A stretch of 64,000 nucleotides of DNA from positions 4,154,001-4,218,000 of the forward strand of contig JBHGNT010000008.1 of assembly GCA_043228905.1 (NCBI GenBank). The letters run 5' to 3'. Below the pieces are notes generated by a model, which ran no database searches, was not told the origin of the DNA, and saw only the letters and a list, made by a program, of their open reading frames with translations. Positions 43,101 to 55,262 of the stretch are shown one piece after another. This DNA is from Azolla caroliniana. Taxonomy: Eukaryota > Plantae > Polypodiophyta. A program made the translations under genes and the position numbers. Position 1 is the stretch's first letter; every line of letters begins with the position of its first letter.

Positions 43101-43541
43101 CACACATTCACCCATATGAGAAACCATAAAAAAAAAGGAAGAGAAAAACAGGTCTAAAAGAAGAAGAAGAAGAGGAAGAAATATAGGAATTCTCCTATAA
43201 GAAAACCATCAGAGCATCAAAGAGAAAGAACAACAGCAAAAACATCAATGTAGTAACTTATGGGATAGAAAAATGAACTGCACAAATGAAAACCATCGCT
43301 TTTTTATTTTAATTCCTCGAATTGAATGAGAAGTAGAGAAACATACCCATCCAACGCAGCTTATCCGGAGGAGGTGTTGTCGTCGTCGTCCAGAGACAGA
43401 TGGGAATGAAGTAGAGGTGAGAGGAGATTTAGTTACACTGAAAACAGAGTAAGGGCTCAACGAGGAAGATGTTGAGGGGGAGGAGGAGGAGGAGGAGGAT
43501 AAGACTTCAACACTAGAAAACAGAGCAAAAGAATTGGCCAT
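37111..43541 (-). CDS. Conserved green-plant protein of unknown function with predicted plastid transit peptide; 8 exons: 43541-43347, 41470-41324, 39440-39343, 38422-38350, 38280-38220, 37695-37610, 37541-37452, 37173-37111 (270 aa)
   Basis: All seven introns are GT-AG and the splice gives one open frame: Ser-rich N-terminus, ISCVGWDPEGILAPP.GGHIARR, FLLDTEAQDIEFEVARCRPRLNDEFF, LLALLDENIA, FMEKIRGAVLKYITV*. Confidence 0.9.
38607..38790 (-). repeat. LINE 3'-end copy in an intron
   Basis: aaagaaagaacgatatattaatgtcttttaagaggccaaaatggcctataagac is the reverse complement of the 7665-7725 tail. Confidence 0.8.
41690..42125. repeat. Degenerate ~80-bp tandem repeat in intron 1
   Basis: Recurrent aaaac(t/c)ag.a.ctttgcccttatct.aa.cag...ttcata.gtttctct...taaaacta.att..gtgaaa units. 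Confidence 0.7.
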
Positions 43542-43894
43542 GGTTTCTCTGTGTGTGTGTGTGTCTCTCTCTCTTCTCTGTCTCTATGTCCCCTCAATTC
43601 TATCCAAAGTTTGACAAGTGGACCATATCATCATATGCATACATACTCCACTTCTCTCTCTCTCATATCATCATGATTCATATATGTACATACATACTAT
43701 CCACTTCTCTCTCTCTCTCTCTCTGCTCTACCCTGCCCTGTTCTGATCTGATCTGAACTCCTCTGTTTGGAACTCCTTTGTTTGGGGGGGGGGGGGGAGG
43801 AGTGTTCACACTAGTGTCTCAAAACAAATAATGTTCACCTTCCGAGGTTCTTTACCGGAAACCCGAAAAAAGGCACCTACTCCTACTGATTACC

Positions 43895-44475
43895 CAAGGG
43901 GGGGGGGGGGGGGGGTTGTTATCTGGGTAGTGGCTCTTCTATATGATGCTTCGGTACTTGAAGGTACCTTCTAATGAGTAGCGGGGATTTCCCCCCGGGT
44001 AGTGGCTCTTTATACGATGCTTCGGTATTTGACAATGCCTTCTTCTAATGGGTAGCGGGGATCCCCTCCCCGGGTAGTGGCTCTTCTATACAATGCTTCG
44101 GTACTTGACAATACCTTCTTCTAATGGGTAGCGGGGATTTCCCCCCCCGGCTAGTGACTCTTCTATACAATGCTTCCATCCTAGAAGGTACCTTCTAGTC
44201 AGTAGCTTGGAGGTTTCCTGCATTGTCATTTGTATATGATGCTTTTCAGCCCTTGATGGCCTTTCTTCGCACAATAGACATGTTCTGCTTGCTCCACGCA
44301 AGAATTATAGATAAGGCTGATTTCAATGCTTCGGTCTTAGAAGGTACCTTCTAATGGGTAGCAGGGGTTCCCCCCGTGAGTCTTCTATGTGATGTTTTAG
44401 TCCTAGAAGGTACCTTCTACTAGTGGGCAGTCGGGGGGTTTCCTATGTCATCATTGTATATGATGCTCCGGCCCT
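43895..44475. repeat. G/C-run-rich ~73-bp minisatellite between the divergent genes
   Basis: 5-6 copies of gggtagtggctcttctata..atgcttcggtacttga...taccttctaatgggtagcggggatt(c)n, preceded by long G homopolymers. Confidence 0.9.
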
Positions 44476-45178
44476 CAATGGCCTTCCTTGGCACATCAAA
44501 CATGTTTTGCTTGCTCTGCACAAGAACTATAGAGCCCCATTTTGAGGGATAACAATTTTCGGAGTCGATGTGCCATGGTTTTGTCAAATCCTTGTGTATT
44601 AAAAGCCCAACGTTAGCCCACCATGAATGGTAAAGCATGTTTGCCCTCTCTCCCTTCAGCTACGAAGATGTTTCAACTTGCTAGTTTAACTTTTTAGTAT
44701 TGGTATTCTCACTTTTGTTTCTCCATAACCTAAAGGCAAAAAAGAGTGAAAACAATAACAATTCCCTTTCAAAGAAGATATTACATTGTAAAGCAGAATG
44801 TTGAACCATAGACTCTATACATTACATAGTGTATCAGACTTCCATCAATTCGATCTAACAAATTATTTACTTGCAAATTAATTTACAGAAGCTAGCAAAC
44901 ATTATAACATTGCCTTTAAGGAAAAGCTAGCAAACATTACATTGTTTTACGGGATTGACACGTTATAAGTTACAAAGTTGCCTTATGGCAAAGCTAGCAA
45001 AACACTACTTCGTTTACGGGTTTGAAACATTATATAACATTGCTGTAAGGCAAAGCTAGCAAACACTACTTTGGTTTTTTTTTTTGTTGGGCACTTAGTT
45101 GAAAACAAATACTGCATGTTTGAAAGGCCAAGCCAACAACACCGTAAGTCGAGAATAGGATGGTTGCCCAAAAGTGGT

Positions 45179-45217
<39 letters not shown>

Positions 45218-45223
45218 GCCTAG

Positions 45224-45295
45224 ATGGATGTAGCTCAGTTGGTAAGGTTGCCCAATGGAGACTAGGTGGTCATGGGTTCAACCCCTACATTCCAC
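45224..45295 (+). mobile_element. tRNA-like sequence (SINE head or tRNA pseudogene)
   Basis: A box tagctcagttgg (45231) and B box ggttcaaccc (45275) at tRNA spacing; acceptor and anticodon stems pair poorly. Confidence 0.65.
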
Positions 45296-45342
45296 AGTGG
45301 CATCTAGTGAAATAGAGATATATATGAAGTATATATAATAGA

Positions 45343-45416
45343 GAGGTGAGAAAATTGGGTTTCGAACCCAAGACACAATGCTTATAGTGTTATCAACTTA
45401 CCACTAAGGTAAGCTA
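45343..45416 (-). mobile_element. Second tRNA-like sequence, opposite strand
   Basis: Reverse complement reads tagcttaccttagtggtaag...tcttgggttcgaaacccaa, i.e. an A-box-like motif and B box GGTTCGAAACC with a T-stem. Confidence 0.55.
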
Positions 45417-45597
45417 ATTACGATAAAAAGAGAGAGAGAGAGCATGAGTCAGGACAATTGATTTGAAGGTGAGGGCGCTACGGCTCCTCCTTAGCATTGG
45501 GGATATTCAAATGACTCAGGCGAATTGGTCGGCACGGGTTTTAGATCATCTTGTGCCTCGCTTTCTTGTGATTCGATTCGACTCAATTCGATTTGAT

Positions 45598-45820
45598 GCA
45601 AAGGAGATGAGATGAGATGAGACGAGATGCAATGGAGATTGAAATTCAATGGAGATAAGATGAGCTTAGATGAGATGAGATGAAATGAAATGGAGATCAG
45701 ATGAGATTGAGCTCAGATCAGATGAAATGAAATGAAATGGAGATCAGATGAGATTGAGCTCAGATCAGATGAAATGAAATGAAATGGAGATGAAATGAAA
45801 TGAAATGGAGATGAGATGTA
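45598..45820. repeat. GA(A/G)AT pentamer-type simple repeat upstream of the PLD gene
   Basis: (gagat)n/(gaaat)n with a duplicated ggagatcagatgagattgagctcagatcagatgaaatgaaatgaaat block. Confidence 0.9.
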
Positions 45821-45955
45821 TCATTCATGAGATCATGTTCTCCTGCCTGCTAGATCATTGCTCTTCTCCACCATATTTGCTTTTTTGCTTTCTCTCCCTC
45901 TCTCTCTTTTTCTCTCATTGATCTGCTTCCATCCTCTTCAAGAAGAAGCAGAAGA

Positions 45956-48900
45956 ATGGTGTTGAATTGTATGGCCTCTTTCTTGGTCTTTCTATACTTG
46001 TTCTGTTCTTTTACGGTCATATGTCTTCATCTTCAGATTAGCGTTAACGCCTCCTCTGAGCAATGGGCAGAATCAGATGCAGACCCAGAGTGCTCTGCTT
46101 GGTTGGTTCAATCCATCCCCACTGATCTTCATCACCTGCCCATACATCCTGGAATTCTGTCCACAGGTACACCATTACAATCATACACATACATAGGTGC
46201 ACAGCATTATTTTTACTTGGTCCACAAGAGAGGGTTTCATGAATTAATTTAAATTTTTTCTTAGTTCATACAGAGAAATAGGGTTTCATGGATTAATTAA
46301 AAAAATTTCTTAGTTCATACAGAGAAATAGGGTTTCATGGATTAATTTAAATATTTTCTTAGTTCATACAGAGAAATTCCATTATAATGGTTGCTCAAAT
46401 GTTCATACTCTGGGGTTCTTGACATTATTTGGGTTGAAATTTTCTGGAAAACATTCCATGCTAATGACTTGGATTTGGAATAAATTTTATATTTTGGAGT
46501 TTTAGTATTGCTCTGAAATATCCATTTATTTCCTAATATGCATGTGTACATGCACAAAAAATTATGTGTATACACATAGCCATACACATAGGCAGATACA
46601 TACACACGCATTCACATACACATAATATGCATATGCATACAAAACATACATGTACATGTACACCTCCCATACCCATACCCATACGCATATGCATACAGAT
46701 ATACACATACCCATAGGCATATACATACACAGACATATAATTTTATACAACATATACATGTGTTTCATGCAGCTAATACATCTGTCATTGATTAAAAGGC
46801 GATGTGTTCCAATGGATTGCTGGAAATGCCACTCAAAACCTGGATTTACTTGTACAATATTGGCAGTTTCTGGCCCAGCCAAACAACCCTCTTTCAGGGG
46901 ATTATGGGTATTCTAGTGAAGACATGGAGAGATTTGGTGCATCTATTGGCCAAGAAGTTTATCAATCACTGGATGCAGCTGCAACAAGAGGTATTAACAT
47001 GAGGTAATTAGTGTATATGTGCGAATGATGTATGAATATTGTGATAATGCATCAAGAATTGTGTCTCTGTAGAATACACGAAGTGCGCTTACATTTAAAA
47101 GGTTATGTACTGGCCATGATCATGACAGGATCATTCAACATTCAGGCCTTTTTCCTGATTATGATGAAGAATCAGAAGCTTTAGCTGCATCACGTCCTAA
47201 CTTAAAGAATGTGACGTTACATTTGGATCAGTTTTGGGGTTCTGGCATAGTGCATGCAAAAGTGTGGATTGCTGACCGAAAGGATCTTTACATAGGATCT
47301 GCAAATAATGACTGGAAATCTCTGACACAGGTTGGTAATGGCAAGCCTTATACATGCATCTGAATTTAGGAATTTGTTTCTTAACGGCATAATCATGGAA
47401 AAAGTGAGAATTTATAAAGCCATTTTTTTGTATGGGAGAAGTTTGTTAGTTAACTCCCAAGCATAAAAGTTTACATGAGAGAGCTGTTTTTCTCATTGTT
47501 CAAAGGCACAATTCTGGAAATTGAATATTTTGAAATGATCTGAAAGTCAAAATACGAACGTTTCTTTACCATATATACACCATTATACCCATTGCTTGAG
47601 ATGGTTGAACTACGACCTTAAGGCTATAAAGCATAAGGTGAAAATGATTTGTTTGTAATTACAGTTTCTAATGGACATATAAAGGCAACACTCTCACGTT
47701 GTGCTTTAGCACATAAATGTGTGATTATACAGGTGAAAGAGCTAGGTATCTATATGAAGAACTGCCCAACTGTAGCAAAGATAGTGGAGGGGTATTTTGA
47801 GAATTTATGGACTCTGTCATCCTTAAATGCTTCACAATATATAAAACAAGTTTGGGATGAGCAATTTCAGCTATCTCGTCCGGTGCCTTGCTGGTCTCAA
47901 TTTTTGTCACCAGAATCACGCTGCAAGTATGAACCCTTACCCAGTTGTTTTTTTTGGGATATTTACCAGACACCCCTAAAATTTTGGATATTTACTAGAT
48001 ACTGGCAAGTTTTCAAATAGTTTTCTCTTTATTTGGTAATGAATTTGGATAAACAAACCCCATTAATATAGGTCTTTAAGTTTATTTGCAAGCTTGGATA
48101 GGCTAACATGCTTTATAGTATGTAACTTATATCAAACTCAGATGTCCAAATATAAAGAACGTCAAAGTAATAGTGTCTCTGCAATCCATATTGTGAGAAG
48201 TTTTCAACATCATTTTTAGAAAACACCAACGCAAGGCAAAATATTGAAAACATAAATTTGTCATCTGGTTGAAAAAATGGCAACAATGTGGGATATTCTT
48301 GATTCTAGACATGTGACAACATCTCAGTAATGGAATGTTTTTTTCACGGTGTTTGATGAGTTTGGAAGTGAACTTTGTATTTGTTTAGGGATGGATGTCA
48401 TTTATAATTGAGATAAATTAAGTGAACTTTGTGTGTTGTGTTGTGTGTGTGTATTTCTTATAAATTATGTTTTACACATCGCCTAGATACTCTTTTGTTG
48501 GTGGTTATTTTGTAGATCTCCTCTTCCAAATAAAGCTCAGGAAACCAATGATATTGGCTACCCTCCAAGGTTCAATCCATATGTGATACCTGTGGACCTT
48601 GCTACCCCTGGGAAGAAAAAGAATGTGTCACAATCAACTAGCAACGTGTATCTTTCCTTTTCACCCCCAGAGGTTTTCTCCTAACAATGCATTATGCTTT
48701 CTATCTCTTCATGTCCTGAAAAGTCATGTATCCATTGTGTTGTATACAGACATATGCTTCTGAAGATACATCACAAAAGATGGAAATATGGAGGTAGCAT
48801 AATGAGGTTGTATTTATAAGATCATTATATGTGAATGTAGGTTTCCTTCCAAGATCATCAAACTGATGAACAAGGATGGGTAGGAACTATCCTTTCTGCA

Positions 48901-49728
48901 ACCTTAAACGGCACTGTTCGGATAAGTACGATGGATTGGCTTGGCCAGTCGCAATATGCTGATGCGACGATCTATTGGTCAGCTATCTCTACTGCTATCT
49001 CCAAGGTAAAGAAATTTAAGACACATGCAATGGTGAAGTCTTAATCAATAACTGGCATATTTACGTGACTAAGTTGCTAATACTAAGAACAAATAAACTA
49101 GCATCATGAACATTCTACTATAATATAAAGTCGTCATTGATATGAGACCATTTTCTCTAATCATACATATATTCTGCTAACCTTAAAAGTTTTTCAATCT
49201 CTACTCTTAAATTTTGTTTCTGTTTCCTCTCCAATAAGAACTACTACCATTTACCACAGTCTGCTCAAAACATTTCAGGTGGTCTTTACAAAAAATGTGA
49301 AAGTGAAGATATTGGTAGCCTATTGGGCACACAATCTTGATGGGACAAACCAGTATTTGGATGCACTAAGTTACACCAATACACTTTGTAACTCATCCAA
49401 GTACAACAAATGCAGAGGAAAAGTAGAAATAAAATATTTCAAAGTCCCTGGATTTAACCAAACAGGGCCAAAAGTGGTAAATGGATCAAAAGTAGACAAC
49501 ATTTATCCAAGCTATACGAGGGTTCTCCATGCAAAGTATTGTGTAAGTGATGTAAGGGTGCATATAGGGACTAGCAATCTAGTTTGGGATTACTTTTATA
49601 CAACTTCAGGTGTGAGCTTTGGTGCATATGATGAAGCTCTTGTTTCTCAACTTCAAGGTGTTTTTGATGCCGATTGGGCTTCTCCTTATGCTTTTCCATG
49701 GCAAAGTGCGGAAAGCTCCATTATATAA
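45956..49728 (+). CDS. PLD3/PLD-Z-like phospholipase D family protein, 7 exons: 45956-46166, 46799-47003, 47129-47330, 47733-47926, 48516-48672, 48841-49005, 49279-49728 (527 aa)
   Basis: Hydrophobic N-terminal signal/anchor, WLVQSIP, two HKD motifs (HAKVWIAD..YIGSANNDW; HAKYCVSD..IGTSNLVW), VFDADWASPYA. No C2 or PX/PH domain; GT-AG introns give one frame. Confidence 0.93.
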
Positions 49729-51659
49729 ATATCATTAAGAAGAGCTTTGCCACTTTCTCCATACACATGGCCAAGCAATCTAACACATGCCGATTTAAGG
49801 GGGGTTCCATGGGTCATATTGGCTCCTCATGGAGATTAATATATCCTCGTCACTATGGTGATTGTTTGTGGGTCGAAATTGATCCCTTACCCGACCATTG
49901 GTAAATCTTTTAACCACAAAATTATTGACCGACTCTTGATCAACATTGTACATGTATATAAGGCCTTAAGATGATGCCATCATTGTGTATATGAATTCAT
50001 TCCTCAACCAACTATAGCCAAGTCTTTAATTACAAAACTACAACACATCTCAATCAACAAAAACGAGAATTTGTATAGACTCATTATGGTGGTTCCTATG
50101 AGTATGAAATTGGTATCTCTATTTCGTAAGTCGTCAAGCAAAAGAACATTGCACAATTCTTGGAATAAGCTCAATTAGTGAAAGTATGTCTCCAATTCCC
50201 CTTATAATTATGTGTGAATATGGCATTCCTATGACACCTATAATTAGAATTCACCATTTGTTGATTTTGATACTTTACACATTAACGTGCAATTGAATTC
50301 AACATCATTGCCTCTAGATGGTGTGTGTTCTTCCAACATTTTTCCATAGATTTCACTAAAGCAAGTTTCTTACAATCATAGATGAAAAGAAAAGAAAACT
50401 TTCATTATGTCAATGAAAAATAAGGGGAAATCTTCAATCTAGCCCTACTTGTATAATTGTGAAAATGCTCTTATGTTTACAAGATATTTATGTGTATCTT
50501 TGTAATTTAGAAAAGCCAAGTGCGTTGAATGATGGCATAGAGGGGATTGGTCATCGAGGGGTTACCTTCATATGATTGTGGAGTTTTTGAATTAGTTTTT
50601 GTATGATCCCTTATTGCATTAAATTGCTTATAATTAGGATCATCTTTGTCGATTCATCTAGATGAATTATTGAGTGGATGCTTGATTTTTGTTGACCAAC
50701 CCATTTTGATAATTTGCTTATTGGATTTAACAAACTTTTCTTCTTTCTGTGGTGGTGGTTGGCCAAACATTTAAAGCGAGTTGTTAAACAACACAATCTT
50801 CATAAAATTTTTGGCTTGTGCATGAAATTTATATTATTTAACAATTAGGAAAACACAAGTAATTGGAGTGTTTAGTCACAAGAACAAATCTTCATGGCAA
50901 AAAGCAAAGCAAAACTTATGAATGATAACCATCACTTCATCTAGGACCATGAACAAGAGGGGCCAAAACGTGGTCATATTTTATAACATAAGGGTACCCA
51001 GGAGTCAGCAAAAAAACAAGGTGTTTTTCCCATAGAAATAATACTATCAAGGTGAACATAGCTTCATGGTCAAAACTCAAGTGTTCTTGTGTTGACTTAC
51101 GAAACCAGAAAACCACTTGTTAGATATTCACCTAGAAAGGAGGGTTATTGTTCAATATTCTAGCTTGCTTGTTGCAACAGATAAGTAGAGTTTTACCCAT
51201 TTCATGGCTTTCAATAAAGCACATTGATCATAAAAAAAGTTCTTGTTTTATTTGTATGCAACAATGAGGATCCATTGTGAGTTAAAAAAACGAGTAACAT
51301 AAAAATTTCAACACTTTCCGGCTCCTTCACCAACCTTGAAAAAAATGAAGCTTTTTTTAAAATATTCAACAAGACAAACCTATTACTAAATAAAATTGTT
51401 GGTAAAATTTAATCTAATAAATGATGGGCATTGAGCAGAAGTGGTATAGAATGTGAAATTGGGAAAAATCATAGGTCACGAGATGCTCTTATAAAGTCAT
51501 GGATCACATGATTCCACCGAATGTCTTAGTTGTAGAGTGGGTAGCTACAGACAGAAGTTTGACATATTTCATGTCTTTTTGAATTGATAAAGTATTGGAA
51601 AAAGGAAGACGTGCAACACGACCCTCTCTCCCCCCTCCAAACAAGCTCATCAATGACAC

Positions 51660-52075
51660 AAGAGTTAGAAAGGAAGATATATTAACGTCTTCTAAGACCA
51701 AATTTGGCTCAAGAGAAGCCTACAATTGACACTTAGATAATAAGCTTTCACAAGAGTTAGAAAGAAAGAAAGAAATATTAACATCTTCTAAGACCAAATT
51801 TGGCTTAAGAGAAGCCTACAATGGACACTTAACTTAGATAGACTTAAGATCGAGAAAGAAAGATATATTAATGTCTTCTAAGGCCAAAATTGGCCCATGA
51901 GACAATTGGTTTATAACAAACAAAATGGGATATTTACCCATTCATCGAGAGAGAAGATATACTAAATTGTCTTTTAAGAGGCGAAAATGGCCTATTAAGA
52001 CCAAACTAAAAAGATTACATCTTTAGTATGTTTGTTCTCTTTTTGTCTTGGCAAACAAACCAAAATAAATGAAAA
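51660..52075 (-). repeat. Stack of ~4 short LINE 3'-end copies
   Basis: Repeated agaaag(aaag)atatattaa..tcttctaag(a/g)ccaaa...ggc units, reverse complement of the 7665-7725 and 8021-8062 tails. Confidence 0.75.
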
Positions 52076-52284
52076 GAAGTGAGTGAAAATAAAACGTGAT
52101 TAAAGAGTCTCGTTATCCATACATACATCGTATCCATTCGCGAATGCCTCAATCATTCGCGTATGGTAAACACCCCTGTTCGATACCATACTTTTGTATT
52201 GCATGATTTATGATAATATACGCATTCTTTTGCATTCGTGTGAAAACGAATGTTTTCCCATGCATTCGAGTATATTACGTACTA

Positions 52285-52720
<436 letters not shown>

Positions 52721-52899
52721 ACACAACTCTTGACTTAGAGAAGGGGAAGACATCCTCTGTAACTCACTCCTCTCTTCCATCTGATCTCAAATGCCCATTC
52801 AATAATCTCATTTGTAGCATATAATCCCTTCTTCTTCTTCTTCTTCTTCTTCTTCTAAGCAGGACGAAAGACTAGGTGTTTTGGGTCATCATCAGAATT

Positions 52900-53133
52900 A
52901 TGTCTCCTCCTCCTCCTCCTCATCACCTTCATGGGGGTAACCCATTAATCGATCTTCTGTGCTGCCCTTTCAACTGTGCTGCATCACTGGTTCAAGGCCT
53001 CTTGAGCTGTTTGTGTCTACCATGTCTTCCATTCCTCCATGGTGGCCATCATCATGGTCATGGTGGACATGGGCATGGTGGCCATCATCATGGTCATGGT
53101 GGGCATGGGCATGGGCATGGGCATGGTCACTAA
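52900..53133 (+). CDS. Putative 77-aa Cys-rich / His-Gly-rich small protein
   Basis: MSPPPPPHHLHGGNPLIDLLCCPFNCAASLVQGLLSCLCLPCLPFLHGGHHHGHGGHGHGGHHHGHGGHGHGHGHGH*. GC-richer than its flanks, (CTT)n leader upstream, synonymous Gly codon variation (ggt/ggc/gga/ggg). Confidence 0.6.
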   Translation: MSPPPPPHHLHGGNPLIDLLCCPFNCAASLVQGLLSCLCLPCLPFLHGGHHHGHGGHGHGGHHHGHGGHGHGHGHGH

Positions 53134-55262
53134 TTCTAAACCTCTGTTCTTTCTTGCCCGGAAAATCTGTCATCCGTGTTGTACTTTTCCACTTCTTTTC
53201 CTGCTTTTTACTTGTTGATCTGTTTCCATGGCATGATTCCTCTTATTCCAGACGTTTGTCTTACCATAGGACCTTAGAACTTGATGATCTATGAGAATGT
53301 TGTTAATAATGTATTTCTTCTCATGAACTGCTTCATGTTCATGGGAGATGATGATGATATTGTTGATGGCGATCATGACGATATTGTTCATGGCATCTAA
53401 ATTTGATTTTAATATTTCATCCGCTCCTAGTTTTGCGATTTGATCGTTTCTAATGTCACATCCTGTGTATATCTCATTTGCTCAATTATCTGCGAGAGAG
53501 TGAGAGGGTTTAGGGTTTGGTTCGTCCAGTTAGAGAGAAATTAATGGGAGAATACTAAACCCAATTATGTACATATTTGATCAAACATTTTTGAGATATA
53601 GAATAATTTGGAGGATTTATTGCGGAAAACGAATTTAGGTTTTTTATTTGAATTAAAAGTGAATAATCACATCAGCTGATTTGATTGGATCTAAGCAAAG
53701 ATTTGATTGGAATGACAAAAGTTTAATTTTTGGCTTTTGATTTAACAATAGGAAATGTGAGGATCTAGTTAGAATATTTGAGATGTATTAATTGGAGGAA
53801 TCATAGAAAATGTGAAATTGTGCCTGGTGATAATTGATCCAAAACTACAAGAAGAATTTGGATGAAAGCAATTTTGCTGATACAGTAAGAGATTATAATT
53901 GAAGTACACGCGGTTCAGAAGAGCATTTTAATTGAAATTTCTCTTGGTTCAGATGCTCTGGAGCAATGCTTTTGTTTCTTCAGATGAGGTATTTGGATGG
54001 AAAAGAACACACATTATTAGGATGTAGCAATAGTCGTTAAGTGGTGTTTTATTCTGTAGAATCTCGGAAAACCCCAATGACGCTCTGTACCTTCAAATCA
54101 TCAGTGTAAAAACCTAATTCCCCAACATCTCTGCGTCTTTAAATCATCTCAGTGTAAAAACCTAATTCCAAAGATGATCGTGCCTCCATTTCTTTAAAAA
54201 CAGTTCCCCCCTCCCCAATCATAATAGAATAGAATGTCAGGCTCATCACTTCTATAATCTCTGCATCACAAGGTCAAGTGATCTTCAGCTTCTATCTAAT
54301 CTGTAACAAGCTCGGAGAGTATCAGCAACATTTATATGCACTATGACAATATCCATGTGCTAGAATAGAATGCCTTCTCCGTTATGGGAAACTTCTCTGA
54401 AACAATTTGCTTAAAATGCTATTGCAACATAGGGCAGATGGATGTCAAGCGTAAGAATCACCCGCCATAACATATATAGCAACTTACCACTACATGGCTA
54501 TATTGCCAAGTCGATGTAGTGCGACAATGAAGGTAACAAGTTATCCCCAACGGCTCAAAGGAAATAAATCTCACAATGGAAGAAGGTATTGGAGGGTAAA
54601 GAAAATTATTAGTCTTACTTGAGATATTTCAATTGGCAGTTATAGTTTCTTTAGATACCACATAAAACACACGAAGAGTAGATGCAAACTAAGTTTTTGT
54701 CATTGTGTAGAAGCGATGTGAAATTTCACCAGCACATTCCAGAGGGAAAGAAAACTGAAATATCCCCAACTCTTTTGAGTATTCTGATATAAGTTCTTGT
54801 TGGGTTTTAAAAGAATTAGACTTCAGCAACCAGATTTTTTTTATGTAAAAATCTCGAGCCCTACAAAAGCCTTGATTGTAAGAGTGTTTGAGATTGGTGA
54901 TGTAAAATACAGCCAATGATGTAAACAATATTTGTGCTACAAGTAAGATTTGGGCAACACTTCTGGAACCCTACAAGCCTTGATAATAAAACTTTCTGAA
55001 ATTAGTAATATACAGCGAGTCATCTAAAACCAATTTGTGCTAGAGTAAAATACAACAAGTTCACCAAGGCCCATGCAGCAAATGGTTCCCATGATAGAAG
55101 CATTACTTGACAGAACCAGTGCTATCACCGACTGCTGTGCTAGTACTAACTAAAATTAGTGCCCGAAAAACTTCAGTGATTTTTGAAGAGTAACAATAGC
55201 GTGCAACCACATTGCACTCCCAAACTACAATAAAATGTAACCCACTTGTCTTGTGAAAAGAT

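Noticed and set aside
45224-45295. Functional tRNA gene
   Set aside because: Acceptor stem pairs only about 4 of 7 and the anticodon arm is not canonical; kept as a SINE-like or pseudo-tRNA feature.
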